Translations under genes and position numbers: made by a program
Shown: piece after piece, positions 1 through 10,776 of the stretch
Layout: every line of letters starts with the position of its first letter
Numbering within the stretch: the stretch's first letter is position 1
DNA from: Tubiluchus corallicola
Taxonomy: Eukaryota; Animalia; Priapulida
DNA length: 64,000 bases
Direction of reading: 5' to 3'
Assembly (NCBI GenBank): GCA_030141605.1
Contig: JAQGDQ010000193.1
Coordinates: forward strand, 186,001 to 250,000
The notes under the pieces: generated by a model
Database searches by the model: none
Seen by the model: only the letters and a program-made list of their open reading frames with translations
Told to the model about the DNA's origin: nothing

Positions 1-354
1 CTGTATAAACGGTTGTAATGTATACGCTCAAATCAAAGTTGCGTTCCCATATCTATGTAGTTTATTCTGCAAAAATACAAATTTTCTGTAGTCTACAACT
101 ACTACATCTACAAATCTAGTGAAATGAAAGTGCTAGAAAATAAGTGCTACAGATTACTACGTCACACTAAAGAAGCTAAAATGCATACATACATTGTTGG
201 TCCAATATTGAGTCGAGAAAAAGCCAGAATGTCAGTAAAAGGTAGCAGTATAATTATAAGACAATTTTTAAATGCAACAAAGACGTGCGTACATGACAAG
301 TTCCACCTATACAATGTCAGAGTAGAAAAAGTAGTCTAGAGGTTGAGCTACAGT

Positions 355-975
355 CTAATATATTGTGGCTTCCAATGCATATACTACCTTGAGAAGAGGT
401 AATGGACCAAAACATTTGCACCTGCAACATGCCCAGTTAAGAGAAATACCAAACAACATTATCACACAATGCTCAGTATACCGATTATTCGGTACGTGAG
501 CTGAGGCCCAGTTCACATACGTAGCTTCTCATCCAGTTTCCAGCCATACCCACTTGTCAAAACTTTCCAGACTGTTATATCCTATCCAAAAACCGTGAGG
601 AGAGTGGTGATATTTGCTAAGGTGTCGTCGAAGAAATTAATCTTCTTCTTTCGTATCTATGGTTATCGGTTCACTATGTTTCTGCTTGCACAAGTTGGCT
701 GCCCCAAACCAGCTGTGATTCTCTTCCTGACGAGAGAAGTAGTAGCAGTTGTTTTCATGTCATACGAAGCGATCCAGACAGGATGTCTCTAAAAGAACAG
801 ATGTTTTGCTAGGGAGCCTGCTAGATGCCGTGCAAGAGACAGTTGATCTCTCGCCGAGAGCACCAGGGTTAGGTGTCTTCGCCTTGACATCACTGAGGCA
901 CTTACAGTTGCAGTTGAATGGGACGACACTTGCAAAACTGCTGGCAATCAGTAGCAGTGTGATAAGTAACCACAT
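355..975 (-). pseudogene. Secreted C-type lectin (CTLD) gene, uninterrupted 207-codon frame with three in-frame stops; probable pseudogene
   Basis: Single frame from ATG at 975: MWLLITLLLIASSFA (signal-peptide-like)...SCLDRFV*HENNCYYFSRQEENHSWFGAANLCKQKHSEPITIDTKEED*FLRRHLSKYHHSPHGFWIGYNSLESFDKWVWLETG*EATYVNWASAHVPNNRYTEHCVIMLFGISLNWACCRC...TIY*. It has the CTLD motifs CYYFS, W-x2-A-x3-C, EExxFL, FWIG, WVW, YxNW, PNN and EHCV. Stops at 762-760 (TGA), 639-637 (TAA) and 531-529 (TGA). Confidence 0.85.
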
Positions 976-3900
976 TTTGAGACTTTGTGTAGAGGAAACA
1001 CACAAATTCAAATTCAAGAAAACACAATTTGCTGCTATTCTAGATCTTTAGTAGGTATTAGAGAAGAAGCAATGAAAAACCTGTATGTTTGGTTACTGAA
1101 TGAGAGCTACTTCTTATTCCATTTAAAATCTTCCAGGTTTCAGCTATGCAAATTGTCAGCTTTTCCAAACTGTAAAATAATTTGGTAGCTTCGATGACAA
1201 ATAAATTATTATACAAGTATAGAACAGTTAAGGTTTTCAAACAGTAAGAACGTCAAACAAAACTTATGAAAAATTCTAATAGTCGTTAAGTTAAAATTAT
1301 AGTACTGATATGCCAGCTGCAGGAATTAGCAAAAATTTTGCAAGATACAGTACGTATTGCACTTAAATTCTCGTGCAATGTGCAAAGTGGAACTGAAGGA
1401 AAGCTACATACTATGCCATAGCATAAACATGAAGCATAAGAAACATTGCATGGCAGCTGATGCTATTTACCAGTTATCAACTAAAATGAGCAATAAAAAT
1501 AATATTGCTGTGTTTTAGCTTTAAATAAAAAACACATTTCTAACTTGCAACAGGCACACTGATATTTAAATACACATAATACAACACGCACTCCGATATT
1601 CAAATACACATAATACAATTGTAAGCAAAAATATCACATACTGAAAAACCAATACATCTAAAAAAATATTCCAGCCAAAAATATCTATTGAAGCACAAGG
1701 CAAATGTAGAGGAATTAATGAAACTATAAGTGGCAAACAAAAAAATGAGAAGCGATGTAACCCCAACAGAAACAGAGCAAGAAATTGAATATTTTATAGT
1801 TTTAATACTCACAGTGTTCAGTGCACTTAGAGAACGGCTTGAACCTCTCACCACACTAGTTAAAGCATGATCTGTGTGACCTCATGGCATCCCTATGTGA
1901 ACCAGCGTTGGAAAGTTATTATTACACAGTTTCTGCAGTTCTTTTGATGCAAGTGGCAGCAGGTCCATCTTAATTTTAAATTACATGTAAATTGTAATTC
2001 AACTAGCTAGAAGGTATGTAGCTGTTTTGATCATAGTTGTATTACCAGTTTACAGTACAGGCCTAGTTGTTTTGGAATTTCACATACCCATATGATTTAC
2101 CGCGACCTTCTAACATTAATTATTATTCTCTGGTGAGTATAAGTTGGCTAGACTATTGGTTGCCAACCTGAAGGGTGTGACATCAATTTAGATTACATTT
2201 GTCACAAAATTTACGTTTCTCATATCCAGCTAGGAGTTTCCAAGTTTTAGTTTGTTCATATTAGACTAGTGGTGTCTAGTTTGTGGTTATGGCATTGGAT
2301 GTGTAATCCAATGACATTGTGGAGTTATCCCCATAGTATACATGTATGTACTATTTTCATATTATACCTTGCTCAGAGTATGTTTTATTGCAAATCGAAT
2401 AGACGCAAAATGTTTCAATGACATCATGGAATTATCCCCTGAGCTGCTTCTCTGTGTATTTGACTGTTTGTTTTTCTCAGACACTAATCAATAGGGTCTG
2501 ATCTGGCTGACCTTCCTGGCCACGATTTCTGTTCCTAGGTCTGTATCTACTTGATTGGCACATCTCAGTCTGATCCCATTTCAATGACTGTCGAACTTGA
2601 AAATGGTTTCTGGTAGGAAGGAATTCATGCAGAAAAGAAACGCTCGTTTGCGACTGTTTACCTTTTCAACTGTTCTATTTTACTTCGAAGCACACTACAA
2701 CACTCAGAACATCTCACTTCTATCTAACTTCTGTGAATCAGTTGACCTTATTTTGACAAAGCTGGCTTATTGGCTAAAATCATTTGAGTAAAACATGAGC
2801 AACGCAACGACATGCATAATGTAAGACTTAATTGTTTATTCTCTACAAAACTGTACACGAAATTTTAAACTAGACGCTTACAAAGATTAAAAGTTTTAAT
2901 CAAAACTGGACGGTCTGTTCTACTATTCCCTGTTACGATTTCCAGACACGGTAAGATTTAGATTTAAATAACATGCAATAATCTAAAGAAACAAAAATTA
3001 TTATTAACCGCTGTAGCTAACGTATAACGTGCAACAATATTTACCAGTCACATTCAATGTAAAAAATAGAAAAACTGTCAAAAAATGCTCAAGTCCGAGT
3101 TATACAAGTATCATATACGAAGTGTATAATAAAAATGTAAACTTTAGGTGACGCTAGTAGACTGCCACAATACCCCTCAAAAATATGGTGAAGTTGAAAC
3201 AACATCTGGGTATTAGCTTTGCAAATATTTTTTCTAGTCCAATAACAGCCTGAAATATTAATTTCAAAGTTACCATTTGTAGGTCAAAATCTTATTACAA
3301 TTAACTAACAGCAGATTTCTGCTAAAGTTCCCTTCACTTTTCAAAGAAAGACCTGTAATGCCCCTGAAACAGGCATATCCAAAAACATTTGAGAACTACG
3401 CTGCAAAAGCATAAGTTAGTTTGATTATCACATAAATTACTGCTAAAACATACACTAATGCATTAAAATTATGACCAAAGAATGTCATACATTAACATTA
3501 TCAATGACACGCACTGCCATCTATATGTTCAATTACCACAACTAACGACAGTGATTGTGTATAAAAATAGTCTCTTTGTAAAACTACAACAATTACAAGT
3601 TGAACTTGATCAAACAATAAGTGCCGCTAACGGTGAAATTTACAGTTGAATTCTGTACCCACATACAGACAAGACTAAAATTTTATACCAGTAATGAATT
3701 CAAAACTAAACCGAAAAATTGAGCCAACTATTCAAGTAACAGTTTTGGTCAAAATAACAGATGCATAAGGTCCCAAATTTAATGCTGATTTGTGATAAAA
3801 AGTTTGTATAAGTTTGCAATCTGTGCAAACAAAAATCAACATTTGCAATGTCACAATTACAGTATTTATCACAATCTTCAATAACATGAGAGCTTTATCA

Positions 3901-4546
3901 ATGGCAATTATAGTTCAATAACAGCTAACAACAATTATGGTATGTAAAGCTGTGAACAACGATGACAAAAAGTGAAACACCATATTTACATTATCTCATG
4001 ATTTATTGCTTAAGATGAGTTCATGCATTAGAGAGCTTACTGACAAATACTAGTTAGCAAACAGAAAAATGTTGGCAAATTCTTTGAAGTATTGTCCAAA
4101 GATGGCAGCACAGCAGCTGGGAGTTTTCACAAACAAATTGAAAATATTTAACAATGCTATAGTTCAACAATTCGAAGTTTAGATACGAACAAAAAATCTT
4201 AATTAGGGACTCAATAATAAAGAAATTAAAACCATCTAAATGTCATTTCTAACAATACAATTAAACAACCAAAAAATGTTGAAAGCTTTAAAATTTTTAA
4301 AACCACGAATGAAAATGTCACACTCACACAATGACAAACATGATGAAGATGAAACTCTGTCAAAAGTTAAAATACAAAAAATAAAATTCATCTCAATATA
4401 TACATATCAAGAGAAGGATAAAAGCTGTCATTCTGCAGTATGTTTGCAACTATACAGTGTTACGGTGCTGCCACAGCTTAGGAAGTCGACGACTTCTTGC
4501 TACGGCATTTGTGAGAGCGGAGGTTGTATGGATAATTTTTTCTAGG

Positions 4547-4595
4547 TCACCTGATTTGCGCCGGTCTAGAAATACGTAGAGAAGCGGAACGAACG
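4547..4595 (-). CDS. CDC14: CDC14 candidate terminal coding exon ((S)VRSASLRISRPAQIR*)
   Basis: Strong acceptor ttttgttttttccag at 4596-4597. Phase-2 entry matches the donor of exon 8680-8883. Short basic tail ends at TGA 4549-4547. Minus-strand AATAAA lies downstream near 4002-4007. Confidence 0.6.
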
Positions 4596-7221
4596 CTGGA
4601 AAAAACAAAAATGCGTTACATGTAGAAAAGTCTGTAATTTTTTGCACTAAAATAATAAATCTGCACTCACTGCAGACTTGTAGGGTGTTTTAATCAGTTC
4701 AGCACTGCAAGCTGGTACCAAACACTCAACATTAAGCCTACTTAATGTTGAGAAATGTGGCCAGCCCGGAACCTAGCTTACTATCAAGGCTAGTCCCCTG
4801 ATGTGAGCCACTAAACCAGCAGAAATGTGTTTGAATGCACATATGCATCCATCCTCAAAAAAACAGCAGGCCCAGAGGCAGTTATTCATGCGATATATAT
4901 ACTACTCATTTTAGCAAAATACACACCGTGACCATTTGGTTAATTCACCACCCCTAAAGGAGGAAGGCAAAGTGACAAGTTTTTGTTTGGTACGTTAACA
5001 AGCTCTGGTTTCAACAATTCCTTTCACACCTGTACATCTCACATTGGTATTACAAAAGCAGTATCCTCATGCAAACTCAGTAACTCGGGGCGGAGTCCTG
5101 GGCTTCTTTAGTTCATCTATTTTTCGTTTAATTCATGCGTAATCCTTTTTAAAGCTAGATAGAGTTATAGAATTAACGTGAACTGAAACTGAGAAGTTGA
5201 AAACTGGTTGATGATATCCAGCGAGCCACTTCAGTCAAATAGTAGAGATTAACAATGATCAGTAAACAGAGGATCACTGCAGTTAGGATACCAGTACTGG
5301 AATGTGCACTAACTGAGATCATTTCTCTGACTTTAACTTACTTAAGCACACTGTGTTATCATAATGCGTCATAAAAATGTTAGATACAGTAATATGGCTG
5401 TTATCGGACAACTTTTTGTTGTTCAACAAAAAGCGTTGGTCATCTGTTGTATCATGGCAATGCACATTTTTCTGCTATTTTTCACGATTTTAGGCAAAAC
5501 AGTTTTTCGCAATTTTTGGGCAATGAAGCTAAAAATTTCAACAAAAATTGTGCACACTGCTGGTCACCACCCAGTAAAACTCGCAGTTCAAATGAAATTT
5601 TATAAGTGGTTTTCATAGATCATCATTCTATTTAGGTTGTGAGCAGTCTGTAATAAAGAAATGAAAGGAAATAATCAGCTGGAAATACCTTTGAAGGATA
5701 GTTAGGCTGGGGAAGATTTCTTTCCAGGAATAGAAGGAAAACTTTAGGATTAAGGGTCATTGTCTTCAAGCCTTTCTGCTGTTCCTGAATATGTACTTAA
5801 AGAAGTTCTTATGTTGGAGGAAGTTCCGAAGAACCACGAAGGCATATGAGCCGCTGCCGCTTCAGTAACCTCTAAAAAGACTTCTTTACTAAAATTTTAA
5901 AAATTTTACTGGACTAAAAATGTTGCTTTTCCTATTGTATTTTAGAAAACATTTAGTGAGATTTATGCAAACTAAGCAATAAGCAATATTAGTTATTAAT
6001 GCATATGCACTGTAGCTGCCCAAGTAACAATAGGACTTGCCAACCTGCCAAACATTTAGAGTTAAATGAAAACGAAAATCTCAATTCTTGTTGATGTTCA
6101 GCTATAAAAAAATGGCTCAAAAATTCAGTGGCAGATTCACTAATCATGGAGCACTAATAAAATTTTTAAACGAGACAGAAAACAGTTTTATTGGAAATGC
6201 AAATTTGTAAATATGCCACTGGTAATGACTTGCAACTTTAGGGTTTTTAAGACTCGGTAAACAAATTCATTGGAGGGATTGAAGAAAAATGATTATTTGG
6301 ACAACTACGCACCCGGAAAGGAACATGGCATTCCCACTTCACAGGAAGTGTGCTGTGTGCTAGGCAGATGAGCAGACGAAACTTTGTTGATTGAAGGAAA
6401 TCATCGTCTCAAAAAAATGGTTTACAACAGCATTATTTCATGCAAGACGTAGTTAGAAGTTTTGTTCTTGTCACTGACTTCACTTTGCTTTATAGTTTTA
6501 AGTGGATTATAGCTTTATTATTTCCATCCAACTTTTTTTGACGTTACAATATTACACGTGACAAAAGGTAGTTAGTCAAATGAAGTCAGACACTTGCTAA
6601 ATGTTGACAAACGTTCTTACAAAAGAATAGTTAAAATTATCAGTCTCCTCTGCAGAATGCTATTCATGAAAACCATTTTCATTGTGTAAATAGTGTGTGC
6701 AAATGATGTGTGTAAATGAAGTTGTGCATGTGGATTGTGGAATAAGCCTTTTCAGAGTTCCGACGATTGATGATGATCATGAAAAGGCTACGTGTAGCAT
6801 TTCCATGATCATCGTATAGCATGGCAATAGCAATGAGTTTGTGTCTATGGACAAAGCTAGGCTTCACACTGAACCACTTTTTTGCTAGGTAGTTTTGAAC
6901 AAGAGCATCATGTTAGATTAATATAGTTATTAGTCAAACAATTTAATTTAGCCATGGGCTTATGTTATACTGACCTGTATTAAAATGTAGCATCTACAGG
7001 AGCATACACAAAATTTGCACTATGTATTGTACTGCTGAAATTTCAACAGCATGTCATTTCAATGGTTATATAACGTGACCATACAATCTAACTGCACGAG
7101 TCTAAATGTAGAAATAACCTTTGACCTACAGCTCTAAACTGCAACTGCGGATGCATGTTGTCGGCACTCTGAAAAGGCTCACAGTTTGAATTCACCTTCC
7201 TTAACAGAATAGCACACTTAC

Positions 7222-7390
7222 AAAAAGCTTGTTGTTAGAACGGTTACGATTGCTAAGCGTAGCGTAGGCGGGGACCCCATCGTGGCGCCGTCGTGATCGA
7301 GTAGTGTCAGCAGTGCTGCTCATATGGCGATCGGTTAACGTAGAAAGAATGGGCGCATAGACGTTGTTCTCATCCCAACCACCGCCACCG
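7222..7390 (-). CDS. CDC14: CDC14 candidate alternative C-terminal exon ((S)GGGGWDENNVYAPILSTLTDRH...NNKLF)
   Basis: GC-rich open frame (part of ORF 7201..7443). Pyrimidine tract plus AAG acceptor in phase 2 with exon 8680-8883. Consensus donor gtaagt after 7222; alternatively it reads through to TAA at 7201. Confidence 0.55.
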
Positions 7391-8679
7391 CTTGAGGTTC
7401 GAAAGAGAAATAAGGTTATGATAAGACTAGCATAGCATAGCAACTACAAGTGAGAAAGTTACACAGAAAGCATAGCCAATAATGCCAAATATATTAGCCA
7501 GAATAGAAAAGCTTATAGAACAGAAGTTAAAGGAAAGTTTATGAAGAATGAAAGTAGTACAATAAACTGATTTTATAAGCAACCATTTAACATCAGGCAG
7601 CAAGTGAAAAAAGGATAAAAACATTTGCTGTCGTCTTCAAAAAATTTATCCAATGCTAGAAGAATATTGCAGCTTATCACACAATATTGAATTTCACAAA
7701 TGTTATAAATGAAATAAAAAGCAAGCGCATAAAACAGTAAGGTTAGCAAAAGTGGTCAGTGAATTAAAAAAATGAGAAAACCATGCAAGCATACATGTGC
7801 GCATAAATGCAAGGAGAAATAAGAAAATGGAAATAAAAGTGAGAAACAGCAGAAAGCAGCAAATTGTGGAAAATTGGTAAAATAATTTATAGGTTACATG
7901 GTATCGTTAATTTCTTGTTTAACATACAAAAATCTACTTCAGTAATGCTTTGATTATACTTCTGTGGCTTATTCGAGTAAGCATAGGACAACGTCCGATA
8001 AAAAATACCGACACTTTTTTAAATACAGACTTTCGTAGCAGCTCCCAGCCAGGCTACATTGTCGATGAACTACCAAATGAGCAAAAGACTGATTAAGTAT
8101 AATAACCGTTAATTCCAAATGATGATGCTATACATTCCGTTTGTTGTGGCAAGGCGTATCAATAGCAGCATTTACTTAATCAAAGTTAATCATTGAACAG
8201 CAAAAAGGCTTAAAATATGGCATGCCGTTAGTTAAGGGGAAAGGGAAAGTATTATCTGGATTGCTAATGCTATCTCACGGGTATTCAAAGATGTTAGATT
8301 TAGGTAGACTACTTGGATATCACGGATAATCTTGGAATACACACAGACTTCAATTTCATGAGCATGTTGTACGTTTGTAGGTAACAGCTACACAAATTGA
8401 ACATACACACGAACATACGTCTTGCACAATAAATGTGAAGCAATGTTATTTTCTATGAAAACACCAAAGGCGGAATCAACCAAATCTGACTGCTGTGAAT
8501 ACATGTTACTGCAGACTAGTGCAAAATGCAGTGATAAACTTGCGTGCAACAAATGCAAATATAAATAATGCCAATCCATAATATTTTGCCTACACACTGT
8601 GTAAATGTATCACATTACACCAGCGCTATGCTATGAATTAATTCTATACACAAGGCTCGTGACCTCCAAAATCATGTAC

Positions 8680-8883
8680 CTTTTCAGTGTGATGGGAGAT
8701 GTGGTGATCACAGACGAGCGGGGTCCTCTTTTAGCATGGCTGGAGTGTATCGTGTTACTGTGATATGCCGTCTTTGAAGCTTTCAGCGGGGATGTGACGC
8801 TACCTTGCATACCTGTGGATGATATGTGCATCGGCTGCGTCGGAGAGCGTTTGTGAGCCTTACCAGTGTCAACATCATTAATA
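8680..8883 (-). CDS. CDC14: CDC14 C-terminal Ser/Thr/basic-rich exon (INDVDTGKAHKRSPTQP...SPLKASK...AKR...ITLK)
   Basis: ctttcag acceptor, AAAG|gtacat donor, 204 nt, phase 2-2, in frame with exon 10365-10495. Confidence 0.8.
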
Positions 8884-9719
8884 CTGAAAGGAAGACAGGA
8901 TGACTTTTCATATACTACCCCTTTCAAGTCAGATAAAAACTATACATTTTAACACAATTAATACTGCAAAAGCATTTCTGATAATTAAATAATAGATCAA
9001 GATCTTAATTAATGGCAGGCGAGCCCAACTATTGACGACATCACAAACTAACATAATTTTCAACATCAAAAATAGTCCACGAGCATGTTGCATGTGTTTT
9101 GCAAAATCGAAAGCTGAAGTATAGTGCTACTGTAAGATATTCAGTGTGTTGTACTAAAACTAGACAAGTATAAGGTAAAAATTCAAATTACAAATATACT
9201 GTTGTGCTCACATGAGCAGTTGAACGTGTGTATTTCACCACAAACTAACACATCTGAACTGAGAGGTACAGCACCTGTTTTTTGTGCAGTGCATTTCCAA
9301 TAGTGCCCATCTAGCTAGCTAACAGCAAAATGCATGTAACAGAGCAAAGAACTAGTGGCGCAAACATGAAATTCGCTTGTGTGGCAATAATTTTTCACGC
9401 AAGTCATTTTCGAAAAAAATAGTAGGTTTTTCCTTTCAATATTTTAAAGAGTAGATTGTTTAGACCTACTGCTTAAGATTGGGTCCAGTTTTGCTTGAAA
9501 GAATGAAGTGGTGAATTAGCAAACTTGGCATTATATAAGCTATAAATGCTGAAAAATTAATAGGCTTGTTAATGCAGGAGACAAAAGTGTGTTTTATACT
9601 CTTGGTAACTTAAATTTAATATTTGATCAATTGGACTGTTCTTTACATGTTCAGCATAAGGCGCCCAGGAGTTAAGATACTGACAATATCTGTCGAAGAA
9701 AATCCCGTATCCCCTTTCC

Positions 9720-9849
9720 TTAGAGAATGGCGAATGTACTGGGGAGACAATGCCAAAAGCCACGCCGTTCGAGGGATGGCATCCGCTTACAACAAACTAT
9801 GTGGGATCCCAAACTTTTACAACTCTTGCGTTGTAGGTCGCGAATAGAA
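9720..9849 (-). CDS. CDC14: CDC14 candidate alternative terminal exon ((C)SIRDLQRKSCKSLGSHIVCCKRMPSLERRGFWHCLPSTFAIL*)
   Basis: tgtttaattag acceptor in phase 2 with the donor at 10365. 42 open codons run to TAA. Locally GC-enriched compared with the flanking intron. Confidence 0.35.
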
Positions 9850-10188
9850 CTAATTAAACAGCCACTAACTACCCTGTTATTTCATTTTAATCTCAAGATA
9901 ACACTCCATTGGCATACGCTGACATCTGTATAAAAAGAAACCTACTACTGCAAACTGTACATCATATCATCAAATCACAGCCTATGATTAAACTCCATTA
10001 AGCACACATACATCTTGCACTAATAACAGTTACTAAGTGCTCTGGTTATTTCATTTTATTCTCAAGACAGAAGCACCATTGGCAAGTGCTGCCACCTTTA
10101 CAAACAAAAACCAACTTCTGCAAACTCTACATTTATCAAACCACAGGTTGCAATTACACTCTATTAAGCACACATACATCTTGAACTA
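9847..10188. repeat. Diverged tandem duplication, about 169-bp unit, two copies
   Basis: gttatttcatttta at 9876 and 10045. The blocks ctcaaga, ccattggca, ctgcaaact and attaagcacacatacatcttg recur in both units. Confidence 0.85.
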
Positions 10189-10364
10189 TAAATTTTTGTT
10201 TCTGTGCCACGATTGATTTCCGCATGATTTCTTCCACATATCAGTTCTAGGATATTTGCCCTAGATTTTGATTCAGAATCGAACAGTAACGGGTCATCTA
10301 CTTTGTTACATACAACATAGGTCTGTTTATAAATTGAAACTAAATTTATTATTCCCGAACTTAC

Positions 10365-10495
10365 CATGAATGACCCCCAAGTGTGTGAGATCTCAAGTGC
10401 ATCTTGCGCTGGGCTTTGATATGATTCAGCACGTCTCCTTGGGTGATTTTATTATCAACTCCCGGACTAGTCACGGGCCGCTGTTTGCCTCGATC
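10365..10495 (-). CDS. CDC14: CDC14 exon with the conserved TQGD motif (DRGKQRPVTSPGVDNKITQGDVLNHIKAQRKMHLRSHTLGGHS)
   Basis: tttacag acceptor, gtaagt donor, 131 nt, phase 0-2. The TQGD-x-L-x2-[IL]K motif is typical of metazoan CDC14 tails. Confidence 0.9.
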
Positions 10496-10616
10496 CTGTA
10501 AACAACAACAGACTTTCACATTACAAAACAAAACGAAAAATGTTACAAATAATGTCTCAAGGCAGTTTACTACTACGAATCCAATAAGCAGTGTGAATGG
10601 AGTAAACTATGTATAC

Positions 10617-10776
10617 CGCGTAATCCTCGATGCGGTCGTCAATCGCTATGTCATCCACCCGCGATGTTAACTGCTTCATGGTGGTGTAGGCGGAGTTCGT
10701 CTCCATGTTGTTGTTGTCCCGCAACTTTTGACGTGCCCGCCAAATGTCACCCTCCCTCCACATGTCATTCTGCTTA
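10617..10776 (-). CDS. CDC14: CDC14 exon, end of catalytic domain (KQNDMWREGDIWRARQK...IEDYA)
   Basis: ttccag acceptor, GCG|gtatac donor, 160 nt, phase 2-0. Contains the KQ-x2-[ML]W-x-EGD motif. Confidence 0.9.

Noticed and set aside
529-762. Selenocysteine or alternative genetic code to explain the lectin stops
   Set aside because: One stop is TAA, the TGAs are not at CTLD cysteine positions, and the core CDC14 exons show no in-frame stops under the standard code.
760-1017. Stand-alone 85-aa secreted Cys-rich peptide
   Set aside because: The same frame continues past the stop into a C-type lectin domain, so this is better explained as the N-terminal piece of a disrupted lectin.
9569-9763. 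ORF MAFGIVSP...HFCLLH as a CDC14 terminal exon
   Set aside because: It needs a weak ttgtaag acceptor near 9787. The overlapping frame from the 9849 acceptor looked somewhat better. Neither is proven.
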